From Lama glama (taxonomy: Eukaryota), in contig CM052816.1 of assembly GCA_028534125.1 (NCBI GenBank), positions 9,302,001-9,366,000 of the forward strand: 64,000 nucleotides of DNA, read 5' to 3'. A program made the translations under genes and the position numbers. Position 1 is the first letter of the stretch. Every line of letters starts with the position of its first letter. Below the pieces are notes generated by a model, which made no database searches, was not told the DNA's origin, and saw only the letters and a list, made by a program, of their open reading frames with translations. Shown piece by piece: positions 22,216-36,418 of the stretch.

Positions 22216-22809
22216 TGCCGGGAAGCCAAACAACTTCTGTTTCCCTTGTGCCTTTTCTTCTTCAGACTAAGAATTCAAGGTATAGGACTTGGTTCTGACT
22301 TTGTTCCTCCTTTCTTCCCTGGTCTCTGGTCCAGACTGCTCAGCCCTCATGCCCTTCCCTTCACCACCTTCTCGGCTGTGCCTTCAAGCCCTGCATTCGC
22401 AGCTTTAGTCTTTTTGCTATTTTGGGAGGAGGCATCTCTAATACTGAGTGGTTCCTCCTCTACAGTTGTCTATTATCAAACAAGGCACTTCCTTCCTTAA
22501 ACTTAGAGAGTGAGTCCACAGGGTTCTAGGCAAAGCTGCAACACTGGCACCCCTCTTGGGCTCCTGGCCCCTCCGTGCATCAGTTCTTCTAACACTGCCC
22601 CCCCCTTCTCTCCAGCTTCCCTCTCCACTGCCCCAGTTAAAGTACCAATCATCCCTCACCTGGAATATTATCTTTCCGCTATCTCTAGTTTCTCCCCACT
22701 CCAATCTCTCCTGCACATCAGCTGCCTCAGGAATTTCTCAGAAATTTTCTGCTGTTAGTTCCCTGTCTAAGACCTTCAGTGAATCCTCCTCTACCCTCTT
22801 TGGCTTTAG

Positions 22810-23200
22810 CAGAGGTTGAAAATGGCAGCCATAGGCCACATTTGACAGATGTCTTTGGTTTGGCTTAGAGAGTTAAAACATTAATTAAGCACTAACATTT
22901 AAAAGTTGGGGACTTTCACATATCTCTATGCTCAACTTCTCTTAGAAATATCAGTGATCCAGCCACACTGGAAATATGCAAAGATGTGTTGGAGCTAACT
23001 AGCTCCTGGGGCACATGGTCTTGAATTTGCCACAGTCCCTACTCCTCCCTAGCGTACTCTTCTTTCAGGCCAGCGGTCAGCTGCCATTTATCATTGCACT
23101 TGGCAATGGTGCGTCTCAGGTGTTTCACTTGTTATCCAGCCTTCCTGGTTTCTGTAGGCCCTTGTATTGCCATCTAGACCTGGCTTATGAGTTCTTGATT
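22810..23200 (+). mobile_element. MER102-like hAT DNA transposon
   Basis: cagaggttgaaaatggcagcc...tttaaaagttggggactttcacat...tttgccacagtccct...gtcagctgccatttatcat. Confidence 0.6.
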
Positions 23201-24524
23201 TCGGAGTCTGTTAAGAAGTAGAAAAGAAGAAAAAGAATAAAGAACATTTTCACCAGTCAGACCCTTAGTAGTCCAGTAGCATTTGTAATTCACAGAGAAA
23301 TTTTAATTTTGAGTATGTGGAGGTAAAATTACAGTTATTTTAAAATTTTCTTCTCTGTGCTTTCCTATGTTCCCAGATTTTCTACACTAAACATGCATTC
23401 TTTTTGCAAAGCTAGAATTAAGTGAGGGATAATTTACAGAATTTTAGCTATGTCTATAAAATCTGCAGTACATAGCTCTTTTTTGTAGAGTTACTCCCAT
23501 TATTGGCTGTAAATCACTTCTTATCACATAATACTACTGATAATTCATAAATTAAACTAAGTTTAAATCATCTTTTATTTCTTATAGTTTTGGGGGGGAG
23601 TTGTTTTATTGAAGTAAAAAGCATACATGTAAGTACAAAAATCTTAAGCAGACTTAGTATGTTTTTATAAATGCGTTTTAATGCTTAATGAGTTTTTATA
23701 AAATGACAACACTCTTGTAAACAGCACCCAGAGTGAGCAGGCACTTCCTTACCTATTAGCTCATTTGATCCTTATGGTCTTGAAAGGCAGGCAGAATTGC
23801 AGGCGAGGAAAGTAAGGCTTACAGGAGCCAAAAATAAACACCTTGCTTTAGGTCTCCTGCCTGTCATGTGGCTGTGCTGAGACTTGAACTGAGTGTTCTC
23901 CACCATAATTGAACTCCCAACAAGACCACAAGAGACAGAGAGTAAGGCCAGTCTAGGGGACTGGAGGAAATACTGCTGCTGTGGGCACACAGCAGATTCA
24001 GCTCTGTGTGCGCACAGGTCATGGCTCTTCACTTGCCTCCTCCCACTTGCTCCTCCCTCCCCTAACCCACTGAGTTTCAGTTATTTGTTCATTTAACTGA
24101 ATGTGAAACATTCTCTTTAATGGCTATTTTGGGATCAGTTTGTCTAAGAGAATCACCATAATGAAGAGATGCTGCCCTGGCTTCCTTCCTCTGCCTTCTT
24201 GGGAGCATATAAACAGTAGCTGCAGAATGAAAAAAAGGAAATGCCTTATTTATTTGATAGCTAAAGCCTGAGATAGGATCTTTTAGAATGACAACATCAT
24301 TCAGAAATCCCTAGCAACCCACTGGTGTTTCTGCTGTCAAATCCCTGTTCATACTTGGCAAGGCCCTAAGGAATAGCTAGTTCCTTCCCCCTGCCGTGGA
24401 TGGGAAACCTGAAGCTCCGAGGAGGGAAGCTGCTCGCCCAAGGATGTAGTCAATCTATGACACAGCCAGGGTTGGAAACCCATTGGCAGGAATCTTTCTT
24501 AACTATATAAAATCTATACACCTT

Positions 24525-25015
24525 TGTATCTCGGCTAGTGCTGGTTATGTGCCCTTTGCCTCTCAGCTCCTATCCCTGCTCTGTGATGCTGGGGCCGGGA
24601 GTCTGCAAACTATGTTGGCTGGACTTCCTTGCTGAGTATCTTGATGTTTCTCTCTGACAGCACAGGGCAGCCATGGCTCTACCTCCAGCAACTTTCAGTG
24701 CACCCTGTATCACCTATGGCATTCTCCAATTCAGAGGTCCAAGTACAGCCATGTGGTTTCTTCCTGTCTGAGATTTAAGCTTCAGCCATGCCCGACACCC
24801 TCCTCTAACTCTCAGATCTTTTCATTTCTCTTCTGTTCCCTCAGTCCTAATGGTGGGAGCTACTTCCTGCAGTGACTCATATCTGGATTTTCTTGGCATT
24901 CCCTTTTTGCCTTCCCTTCCTTCTAACAACTGTGCAATCAAGTCCTTGTATAAACACATTACATTTGAAATAACTAGCATGATTTCTGATCTTCAAATTA
25001 AACTACGACTGATGT
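24525..25015 (+). mobile_element. ERVL LTR (LTR33-like)
   Basis: ccctgctctgtgatgctggggccgggagtctgcaaactatg...tttgaaataactagcatgatttctg...gactgat. Confidence 0.55.
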
Positions 25016-25468
25016 GCTGCTAAAAGTTTTCGCTTTCTGATTTTTTTTTACAACTTTCTTCCTCTAACCATCCATAGAAATTCTCATGCCCAGAATATGG
25101 GGAGAGACATTAGCATTTATTAATTCAACAAATATTAATTTAAGATTGACTTTGGTTCCGAGACATGAGATTAAGGAATCCTTGTTGAAAAGGTATTTGA
25201 AGTCTTGAGGGGAGACAAGCAGTAAACTGGCAAGAATAGTGTAAGGTAATAAGGGCTGTGGGAGGTGTAAGCGCAGGGGATACAAAGAATATGAGAAAAG
25301 GCCTTTAATCTAATTGATGGGCTTGCAAAATGTTAGGGAGGAATTTCTCCAAGAAAGTTTCTAACTGAAACTTGAGGGATGAGTAAGAGTTTGCCAAACA
25401 AATTGGCAACTGTGGTGGTTTGCTATAAGAGATATTGTGGGCAGAAATGATAAGAACATGTCAGGGCC

Positions 25469-25930
25469 TGTTATAGGTTGAGTTTTGTCTCCCCAAAATT
25501 TGTAAGTTGAAGTTCCAACTCCCAGTACCTCACAGAGTGACCTTATTTGGAAATAGGACTGTTGCAGATGTAATTAAACTGAAATGAGGTCATACTGGAG
25601 TAAGGTGGATACTGACAGTAAGACTGGTGTCCTTATAAAAAGGGATACATTTGGAGACGGACACATACAGGAAAAATGACATGTGAAGATCAAGGCAGAA
25701 ATTAAGGTGATGTATTTGTAAGCTAAAGCATGCCAAAGATTGCCAGAAAACCACCCGAAGCTAGGAGGGAAGTCTGGAACGGATTCCCCTGCAGCCCTCA
25801 GTGGGAACCAGCCTTGCCAGTGAGAGGACTTTGATCTTGGACTTCTATCTTTCAGAACTGTGAGGCAATACATTTCTGTTGCTCAAGCTACTGAGTCCAG
25901 AGTCCTTTGTTTGGCAACCCTTGCCTAATA
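25469..25930 (+). mobile_element. MaLR solo LTR (MLT1B/C-like)
   Basis: tgttataggttgagttttgtctcccc...gtgaccttatttggaaatagg...ttgatcttggacttctatctttcagaactgtgag. Confidence 0.85.
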
Positions 25931-27019
25931 TAGAACTAATATCGGGTACTATAAGTCTTGTTAGTAATATTGTACACTTAATGAACACTCATGCAACAGG
26001 CTCTGTTCTAAGTGAGGAATTAACTCATTTAATCTTTATGAAAACTCTAAGAGGTAGGTACTATTATTATCTCATTCTGACAAATAAGGCAATTGAGTAC
26101 AAAGAGTTTAAATGACTTGGCCAAGGTTACACAGTTAAGAGGTGATATTATGAGGCTGGGCTTTGAGTCCATGCTGAGAATGAACATCTAACCATGAAAG
26201 TTAGGTTTCTTTTTTTTTCACCTAGAGAGCAAAGACTATCATTAGACAGTTTTAAAGTCGAGTTTATTGAGGTGTAGTTTGCATACAGTAAAATTTATTC
26301 TCTTTAGATGTGTAGTTCTGTGGGTTTTGACAAATGCATACAATTGTGTAACCACCACCATTATGAGATGTGTAGCCACCAACTGTTGGGGGAGCGGTTC
26401 GGTTTCAGGGGAACAATGACATGATAGAAGTTTCCTTTCAGAAATATCACCTTGGCTACAATATGGAGAATGAATTGGAAGGGGGAAAGCATGGGGACAG
26501 AGATGAAAGATGGTGGTGGCCTGGACCTTAGCAATGGTGGTGGACACAGAGAGAAGTGAGGAGATGGCAAATCTCTGTAAGAGGAAGAATCCGTGGACCT
26601 CAGAAACCATGTCTTGGGTCAGATACAATCTGAATGACCCCAGATCATCTGAGATCTTTCAGTAAAGAGATTTTTAAACCTCATTAGCTGACACACCAGC
26701 AGTAATGTCTCCTAACCTCTTGCTGCTCTTTTCCTATAACCTGCTCTGTCCAGGAGTCACTCAGTCAGGCTTAGAACAATTAGTAATTTCAATTGAACCT
26801 GAGCAAATTATATAATTTGAGGCTACTAGAGTATACTAAAATTACATCATGAAATTGGATTCATGATGAAAGGTTTACTGTCAAAGTGAGGGACGGGCTT
26901 AAATGAAGCTTCCGTATGCATCTGATTTAAATTTGAGGCATTTTTCAATAGTTATTGAATAGCCCAATAGCTGTCGCCCCTCTTGAGGCATTAACACCTT
27001 TAGTCCCAATTACACATAA

Positions 27020-27360
27020 CCTGTGTGTATTCATTTCTTACTCCTTCCTTCTCATCATCCTGTTCTTTGCTCAGATCTCCCCTCCTTAGGGTGCCTTCAC
27101 TGACCACCCCGTATAGAATAGCCATCATACTGCACCTGTCACTTTCAATCTCTTACCTTACTTTATTTTCTTCATGGGCTTTTCTCTTTCTTGAACTTTT
27201 AACCTATTTATATTGTATGTCTCACCCCCGCAACATGCCTAAAATACAAGCTCCATGAGTACAGGAACTTTGTCTATGTTGATTATTATTATATTCTCAG
27301 TGTCTGGAATGGTCCTGGTACAGAATGGGCACTCAATAAATATTTGTGGAATGAATGAGT
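27020..27360 (+). mobile_element. L2a 3' end
   Basis: aagctccatgagtacaggaac...gggcactcaataaatatttgtggaatgaatga. Confidence 0.75.
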
Positions 27361-28349
27361 AAAGGTATGATTCACTAAGGAAAAACCTCAACACCCAGTC
27401 ACTTGGATTTGCAGATGAGGAAATTAAGGCCTAGGGAGGTGCAGAAATCTGCTTAAGGTTCCAAGTAGTTAGGTGGCTGGGCCCAGATGGCCCCCAAGTT
27501 CCCTGGTTCCCAGCCCAGACCTCTTTCCACTGTTTCATATGGCTTCTCAAGCCTGTCCATCCCAGCACACAGAGAGGTTAAGAACATGGACCTCAAAAAC
27601 CATCAGACCTTGGTTTAAATCTAAACTACCACTTGGGCAGGTGTTGCTTCTTTACTTTTCTTGACCTGTCGTATAAGTCAGGGATAAAATAAAACCTACC
27701 CAGTAGCATTGCTTTGGGCCTTAAATGGGATAATTCAGTCAAAGTACTTTATGCAGGGGGCCTAGCACAAAATAAATTCTCCCTTAATATTAGATATTGC
27801 TATTCCTTCATGAGAACCACCAGCAGGCATATCTTTCCTACATTCTGGTGGACTAGAATAATTTCTCATTTAAATTTTAATCTGTTGATGACAGTGAAGT
27901 ACTAGGAAATATGTTAACATATGATGGAAAAAAGGGAAAAAGTGTTCCCCTGGAAGAGGGGGAGACATGCGTATGGAAAGAACTAGTCTCTTCCTTGTTA
28001 AATCCAGTTTTCCTCATCTGTAGAGTGGAGGGCTTCTCCATAATCTCTGTGATGCTGTCTGTGTCTGGCATCCTGTGATTCATCCCCTGAAAATAGAATG
28101 AGGTTAAAATGGTTCATGCTTAGTATGGGTGAGAAGGTGAAGGAAGGTAACCTGGCATGTCAACCTCTCCTTTTCCCCTCTAGGAGTAGTGGATTGCTTT
28201 GAAATTCCTTTCTTTCCTAATAAGTAGTCACTGCATGCCTACTGTGTCCTGGGCCCTGTGATGAGTATGGAAATGGCTTTGTCTATGAGAATCTGAATGG
28301 AGGGCTTTCCCCAGCTTCTTTCAGGGACAAGAATGCTCTCTTGACCACC

Positions 28350-28783
28350 GTATTAGTTTCCTCAGGATGCCATAAACTGGGCAGCTTAAAATAACAAAAA
28401 TTTATTATCTCACAGTTTTGGAGGCTAGAAGTCCAAAATCAAAAGTGTCAGCAGGGTTGATTCCTTCCTCAGACTTTGAGGGAGAATATGTCCCTCTCTC
28501 TTCTCACCTAGGTGGTTTTCTGGCAATCTTTGGCATTCCTTGACTTGAAGATACCTCACCTCGATCTCCGCCTTCACCTGCAAATGGTGTATGTGTCCAC
28601 CCATGTGTCCAGATTTCCCTTTTTATAGTAACTGGTGGTCATATTGCTTTAGGTCCATCCTAACGACCTTACCTTAACTTCCTCATGGGCAAAGACCCCG
28701 TTTCCAAATAAGGTCACATTCACAGGTACTGGTGAGTCAGGACTTCAGCTTCTTTTGTGGCAGACACAACTCAGACTGTAACA
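28350..28783 (-). mobile_element. MaLR solo LTR (MLT1B/C-like)
   Basis: gtattagtttcct...ctcacagttttggaggctagaagtccaaaatc...ttccaaataaggtcacattcacaggtactgg. Confidence 0.85.
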
Positions 28784-29296
28784 AACACCCTCCTAGCCTT
28801 AAATAGCAACTCTCCAGAGGGGCCAAAATATGTTCTCTTGGCTTTGACTTCCCGTGGGATTAGACTCAGCTCCTGAATACCATGAGCCCATGAGTAAAGC
28901 CCGAGATTCCATTTGTGTTTCTGGCAGTCACCTCCTATCATGGGCTCATGTTAAGCTTGTGGTCAATTAAAAGGCCCAGATTTCTTTCATATTAGTTGAC
29001 AAACCAGTTCATCACACCCAGTGCTTGAACAGCTAACTTTGCACAGATTCCTGAACGATTTAATTTTTGAATGGCTGAAGTTGGTATCATGAGAACTTGA
29101 GTTATTGACAACTTTGAGTTCATAAAATTTCTTTAGTTGTTATTTCTCCATAGCCCCAGAACCTAGCTAGAGGGCTGTTCTGTTTAAGTGATCAGCCCCA
29201 TTAGCCATAGGCCTGTAGCTCCTTGTGAGCAATCTGTCCCAGCACTGGAGACTTATTTTTAGGTGTCCTCAGGCCCAGGCACTGGAGGTCCTCTGA

Positions 29297-29595
29297 CAGG
29301 GCTGGAATGAAGGTGAGGTAAGTGAGGCACTTGCTTCGGGCACAAATTAATGCATTGTATCCACGATGAGCAAGATATCCAAATTTTAAATAAGGCTAGG
29401 CTCCAGCAGAGGTAAAATTAGGCTGAGGTCAGCAAGGTGAATCATGCAAATACAAGGTTGGATTTTTTTTCATTATGGATAGTTTGTATTAATTTTGATT
29501 TTTAAAAATACTGCATGAAAATATTATCTCAGTGTCCCCTTAAAATCTGCACTTGAGGTGAGTGCCTCACTCAACCCACCCTGGTCCTGGCTATT
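29297..29595. mobile_element. MER96B-like hAT MITE with long TIRs
   Basis: cagggctggaatgaaggtgaggtaagtgaggcacttgc ... gtgagtgcctcactcaacccaccctggtcctgg form imperfect inverted termini. Confidence 0.75.
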
Positions 29596-30509
29596 GGTCC
29601 TGGTGTGGATTCTGATGGGGCCAAGCTGAGTCTGGGATCAGCCTCATAACTGAGTGTCAGGACACCTGGGTCTCATCCAAGTTCTGCTAATTACCTGGGT
29701 ATCATTGAGTAAGTTACTTCCCCTTGATGGGCCTCAGTTTCTTCAGATGAAAAATTATGTGGCTAGACTGTGATTTTATGGTACAAACTAATCACAAGAT
29801 TCTGTGATGTTAACTGGAGCTGGCTGGGCAGGTCAGGGGACTCCCCACTCTGATCCCATCTCTGCTATTCACTGACTGTGAGACCTTGGGCAAGTCACTT
29901 CCCAGTTAGACACAGACAGATTTTCTTCTCTCCACTTGCTTGGATGCAATTGAAATGACCTGCAAGGCTCTTTTGAACTCTGTATTTCTCTGATCCCCTT
30001 TTCTGCTTAAATGTACACAAGAATATCCAAGCACCACAAAGTACTGGCAGCGAGGCGCTAGTTATAAGCAATCACATTTTGTCAAAGGGACTTACTCAAG
30101 AGCAAAGTTAGTTATTTGGCAAGATGTCAGGAAGGCTTCTCTACCAGGAAAGAGAATTTAATGTCAAACAGGCACTATCTAACAATTGTTTAATTTTGAA
30201 ACACCCTCATTAGAAACTTGAGCTAGGTATTTTGCAGTTGAAGAGGAAAGTACAGATCAGGGTACTGTATTTTTCACTGACATTTTGGCATTTTGTCCAG
30301 TGACATGGGGAGGGCCCTCGTGGAAGTCGGGTGTGAGAGCTGTGTACCCTTGAGAAAGGCTCCCACTGCTTTCGAATTCTTTTTCGCCTGTGGAATAGGG
30401 ACAGTGAGACCTGCTCATGGGGCTGCTGCAGAAATCAAAGTCTAAGTAGATGTGAAAGTGCAGTTTAAGCTAAAGAGTTCACATGGGTTATGAAATCTCA
30501 CTCAAAATT

Positions 30510-30960
30510 ACTGGAGGGCAATTTGAAAATGCGTATCAAAGATGTTTAAAATGACTCAGCGATTCAACCTCCAGGTATTATGTCTGGGGAACTGATTAAG
30601 AATATGGAAAATACACAGTTGCTGTATATTTATTGCATCATTCTTATAATGAAAACAAACTAGCAAAAATAAGCTTACTGGAGGAATAATAGAGGCTTGG
30701 TTGAGCGTATTTCAATAGCTCCATTTGACAGAATATTATGCAGATGTTGAGATGACTTCCTGAAGTCATATTTATTGACATGGGTGCTCAGAACATATTG
30801 TTGAGTAAAAATTACAACGTAGTATATATAGTGTAAGCCTATTTTTATAAAAATATACCTGGGTTATTTTTGGGTGGTGGTATGATAAACTTTTTTTTGG
30901 TTTTGTCTGCATTTTATGATTTTTCTACAATGAACTTATATGACATAACAGTTTTTAAAA
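30510..30960 (+). mobile_element. Old L1ME-like 3' fragment
   Basis: ctggagggcaatttg...ttctacaatgaacttata. Confidence 0.55.
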
Positions 30961-31612
30961 ACTATCCTAAAAACAAGTAGAGATACATCCAAGTAATTGC
31001 TCTTTTGAAAGTAATATTGATCTCATGTTAAAAACAAGTTAACAAAGATCAGAGGTTGCTATGTTTTTTTTATTTTTGGGAAATGACATGGTGCATAATC
31101 CTGATCTGGAAGATTATTTTCGTTTTGCCCAGAGTTTCCTAGTCCATATTCTTTTGCTGAGTCCTCTGCACATACTCATTTATTGATTCATTTACTCACT
31201 CTTGCTCGTCTTGCCAACATTTATTGATCACTTACTATGTCCTGGATAATGGGCTAAATACTACAATTAGTGCTGCAGTATGGGTGCATAATGATTGCTT
31301 CGCCTCCTTTTCCAATTCCTTCTCAATTTCCCCAACACAAACTTCAACTATGTCCAGAGCTCCTAGCCTTGGATTCATTATTCATTCCTCCCCACATCCA
31401 GTTTGTCATAGTTGCTGCTGATGACCACCTCTGGCTCCCCCGCACCCTCTGCCCACGAATACCACTCACTCCAGGTTCCTAATTTTATTCCTTCCTCTTC
31501 ACTTTCACAACCACACCTTGGTACAAGTACTTGATACTTCCTTCTCCAGGTCATCTCATCTAGCAACCTCTAAGCTTTTTGTGATCATACACTTATCCCT
31601 ATCCACAACATT

Positions 31613-31681
31613 AAAAAAATTTTTTTTTATTGAAGTATAGTTGGTTTAAAATGTTCTGTTAATTTCTGGTGTACAGCGTAG
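31613..31681 (-). mobile_element. 69-bp L1 3'-end insertion with 13-bp TSD
   Basis: TSD tatccacaacatt at 31600-31612 and 31682-31694 flanks ttttttattgaagtatagttggtttaaaatgttctgttaatttctggtgtacagc. Confidence 0.85.
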
Positions 31682-32519
31682 TATCCACAACATTTTTGAA
31701 CATCCAAGCCTAGTGTATATATTTATCAATCATATCATACGTGCCACTCTCAATCCATGTATTAAGTATTAGAGTATTAATTTATTTATGTTTTTTTTGA
31801 AACAACATAAATATAAACAGACATAATATTTTCTTCCCACACTCCTGTGGATCATCTTGCAAACTTCCTTGAACATTTGGAGACCTCTGTTCTATGCTAC
31901 AGTTCTAAACAGGACAGCAAAAGTGACCTTTTCATGTTTTTACTTGTTACAAACTTGATCAAACTCTGGTAAGTTTACATTGGCCTCACATCAACCCCAA
32001 ATGCCCGGTCCCTTGTTTCAACATCTATTACTCATTACATCTCTGTTTTCATCTCCAAATAGGTCTTAGCTGGTATCAAGGTGAAGTCGTTACACTAGGG
32101 TTTCCCAGTGTGTGTTTTATGTGAAAAGTCCTGCAGTTGAATAACGTTGGGGGATCCCTGTCAGAGTCCACATGCACCCTCGAGGTTCTGCGAAAGCCCC
32201 AGTAGAGCAGGAAGAGGGAAGCAGAGCATTTCCCAGGCCGACTTGACCCTTTATTGTGTGACTTTTATTCACACACATTGAAACTAGTGTTAGCATAAGA
32301 TTCCTTGGGAAATGCTAATTTACACAGCTCAGTGGCTTCTGCCTATGTCACCACATACGTATTTGCCATCACCAAGAATGGCCTGCTCCTTCCTATGAGC
32401 CAAGCTGCCCTCCTTTCACTGGGATCCTCATTCATCCCTTAATGAAATCATCCCAGATGAACTGTGACAAGCCACGAAACTCCAGCTCTTTCAGCAGTCA
32501 CCTGGTCTCTCGTGAATAG

Positions 32520-33135
32520 CTCTGTATAACAACCGGCTGCACAGTGGTCTTTTAAAAGCATCGGTCATACGTGTGATTCCTCTGCTCAGAGATGTCCGAT
32601 GTTTCCTAAAACTTGCAGAAGAAAATACGTGCTCCCCAGAGTCTAATGAGCTGCCCTACCTGCTTCTCTGACCTAATTTCCACCCCCTTTTTACATCTTC
32701 CCAGTTACACCGGCCTTCCCTCAAAGATGGCACACTCACTCTTGTTTTGGGGCCTTTGCACTTGCTCTCCCCTTCGCCTGGGATCCTGTTAGTCCAGAAT
32801 CCCAGGAGGTTCACTCCCTCTCTTTGCTCGGGATTCTCTCACAGATCACCTTCCCAGTGAGGCCACCCTCGACCTCTGGACCTCAAGCCCCATTTCCTTT
32901 ATGGACTATTTTCTTACCCCCTGCTCTGCTGCTTTTTCCCTATAGTCTTACCAATACTTCCTATACGGCATACAATCATTATTTATTTATTGTCTTCCTC
33001 TCCCATCAGAAGGTGAGACCCAAAAGGGAACGGAATTCACTTGCCTTCTTCATCACTTTATCCCCAGAGCCTGTAAGAATGGATGGCACATAGTAGGAAT
33101 TCAGGAAATATTTGTGGAATAAGTGAATAAATAAA
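32520..33135 (+). mobile_element. L2a 3' region
   Basis: gggcctttgcacttgct...ttcccagtgaggcc...ggcacatagtaggaattcaggaaatatttgtggaataagtgaat. Confidence 0.75.
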
Positions 33136-36100
33136 AATGTTTAGTTGCGGTTCAAATTCTGGTTGTTTGCATGATTTCGTTGAGTAACGTGGCCTCTATT
33201 CATGTTTCTCTCCCACAGGGTTAATTGTTTTAATAAATAGGGCCGCCTGATTATTTTTATTATTACACTCATCTCAGTAACCCGACACTAAACTGTAACT
33301 TTGAGAAGAAAGGAATAGTATTTTATTTATCATTCCATAGCCCATTGGCACAAGCAAAGGACACATAAAGGGCACTGGAGACTAGCTACCTTCTAGTTCT
33401 GATTGGCACAACTCATTAAAACTTTGAGATACATTGCTTTCTTTAGAGTATTTCAGTTTGATAGTAATGAAAACTTTATCATGCTTTTTATTATTTTTCA
33501 AGGCAAAATGCAATTTTATCCTTCATCATAATAACTTTCTTTCTTATGAAGTATCTATGCAGTCTTAATGGCTTCTGAATGTAGTTGTGGGTGCTATTTG
33601 TTGTTTGTACTGAGTTTTAGGCATGTTTTGGTTTGCAGGCAGTGGGACAGCGACACTGAGGCTGAGAAAACCTTGGGCTACACACTTACCTGACTTCTTA
33701 AAGTTACCTACAGTCACTTTAAGGAGTCTGTTGGTCTTGAGTAAGTTTTTTGGGGAAAAAAAGGAGATGGGAGGCCTTAATAAATGTTGAGCTGAATTCA
33801 CTGGTAAACAGAAGTGTGTCCAGCTCTCATATTCATTTCTGGTGTGACAGTGGGCAAATCACTTAACCTCTTCTGCAAAGTGGGTATAATGAAGGTACTT
33901 ACTGCTTGTAGCTATTGTGAAGATTAAATGAACAATGTGTATAAGATGTTTGGCACAGCAGAAGATACTGTTTTTTCATTTTATTGTTTTTTTTTCCAGC
34001 GCTGACTTCATTGCCTAGCACATAATAAGGATGGAGAAAATGTTAGCTGATACAATTCTTTAGTCAGATACCTCCTTTTTCCTAAAGCTTATGACTGATT
34101 CTTTATCAATCAACCAGTACATATTTTCAGAGTTTCTTTTTCTCTTTCTGTTTTTGGAACTCTATAAGGCACTGTAAGAGAATATGTAGACACATGAGAT
34201 ATAGACTTGAGATGCTTGTAAGTCAGGGAGAAAACATAAATGCATAATAATGTTGAAAACTGGAAAGACTATGAAACTTGAAAATGGACTGTACATGGTA
34301 AGAGACACCTGGATAAGTCATGCTTTGAGGGATAAATACAGAGAGAGGAAAGGGCTCTCCAAGGATGGAGAACATAGAGAGGACAGGGGCAAGGTCAGAA
34401 AGGGAGGGTGATGAAGGGAGGGAGATTCACAGCAAGGAGGACAGTCAGACACGCAAGAAAGATGTAAAGCCAGGGAGGCGGTAGGGAAGAATCATGGGTC
34501 TTGGTGACTATGAGCGAGTAAAGTGGAGGCACAGGAGAAAGACAACTCTCAGGTTTTCAGCCTGGGCTACCTGTAGGGGTGGTGTTGTCTGTTACCAAGA
34601 TGGGGGTCTAAGGGGAGGAGTGAGTGTCGGGTAGAAGAGGGAGTCGATGGTGCTGTGAAGGGGAAGAGTGGCTCTGGGACTAGGTTCCTGGGGATGGTTG
34701 GAAAAGTGAAGAAATGGAGGATGTGGCTTAAGGAAAAAAAAGAGAGAGAGAGAGAGATCTTTCCCCAGAGATGTGAGGAGAGATGGAAGGAGGGTAATAC
34801 CTATGATTGAGTCAGATGTGCCTAGTACAGTGATAACATATAACATGCCCTGTGCCAGTTATCTCCTTTAATCCTCGTGGTGGTTCTATGAGGCAGTTTC
34901 TTTGAGGCTTACATAATGGTCAGATAATAAAAGTTGCTTGTCCAGGGTCACACAGCCCCTAAGAGCAGAGACTAGCTTTAGATTCAGAAAGTTAGACACT
35001 GGAAACTTCTCCCCAAACCTTATGCTACTCGGTTTTCCAAGGTCAAGGAGGGCTGTGACTCATGCAGAAGGGAGGCTGGGGTTAATGCAAAAGTAAGTCA
35101 TAGGCTGAGAGAAAAACTAGGAAGTGGGGCTGGAGAGAAAGGAGAGGGTAGTGTCCTGTGGGGTGACTTGAGGACTGAAGGAAAGAAGAAGTTCAGAAAA
35201 AGCACTATGGAAAAATATGTTAGGGAGAAAAATGAGAAAGAAATAAGAGGCCTGACTCAGAGCAGCAAGAGGATCTGTTAACAATGGGCAGAGAAATTCT
35301 TTGAAGTGAAGCCTGGATCAACACGGGGAGGCTTTTGTCCTCATCACCAGGGCAGCGCCATAGAGTTCAGGGAAGGAGTTGTCAGTCTTCCTCCTCTAGG
35401 CTGAACACCACTCCTTCCCGAGTGGGTAACTCTGAGGTCTGATGTCTGCTTAGGATGCAGTAAAGCTGTGGCTCTCTGTCAAAGCAGGGTCCTCAGTGGG
35501 TCTGAGAGGCAGAGCAGACCGAGGTTCAAACTCAGCCCCTCCACTTACCAGCTGTGGAGCCAGAAATCCTTGTGTCTCAGTTCCCATAACTACCCAGTGC
35601 CCACTTCAGCAGAGTGGTGTTAGCGTTAAGTAAAGTTTCTAATGTAGGCTGCTGCAACTTCCCTAACATATGTATTATAGTCTGACAACCATAAATGGCT
35701 ACACCAAATAAAGGAAAAGGTTCAAAACATGGCTATTGGTTTAAAAAGAATTATGTTCCAAAAAACTCTATACAAGCTACAGAGCTTTAGGCATTATGTA
35801 GATAACAGATGTTACCATAGATAACAGACTACTTGCTATGAGCCAAGTAATGATTTTACACTAGGCTCTTTGGGTTAGTTTTGGCTTGTCTTTGGGCCAT
35901 TCTGTCATTCTCTTGTTCACTTTTCACTGAATGACACTTAGCAGTTTATACTAAGTGTTTCATTATCTCATTTCATTTTTAAAGCAAATCTGTCAAGTAG
36001 ATGCTCTTATTACTCCCATATTATAGATGAAGACTGAGGCTTACATACAGGATGTGATTTCCTCAAGGCCACATAGATTGTTTTTCTCCAAAAACTGTCT

Positions 36101-36418
36101 TTTTAAAAATGTGACAAATATTCTGCTACCCACTCCCCTACAGAACTATTGTGTTGATAAAATAAGATGATTATGCCATAACCACGTGAAAACTGCTATA
36201 GTAGGGTGTGGGGTTTGGGAAGCAAGGGTGGAGGGCAGAGGAAACCAGGATGACTTGACTTGGAATCCTGGCTCTGCCCACTTGGGCATCTCTTTCGAAA
36301 AGCTGACCTCTCCTAAGCTCCATTTCCAGTTGCTTGTCATCTCTGTCCCTTAGCTTCTGAAAACATAGAATAACCATTTTCATTCATGGGGTTGTGATGA
36401 GGATTGAAAAGCGTAGTG

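Noticed and set aside
26845..26868. 9-bp hairpin catcatgaa/ttcatgatg
   Set aside because: Short AT-rich inverted repeat expected by chance; too short for a pre-miRNA.
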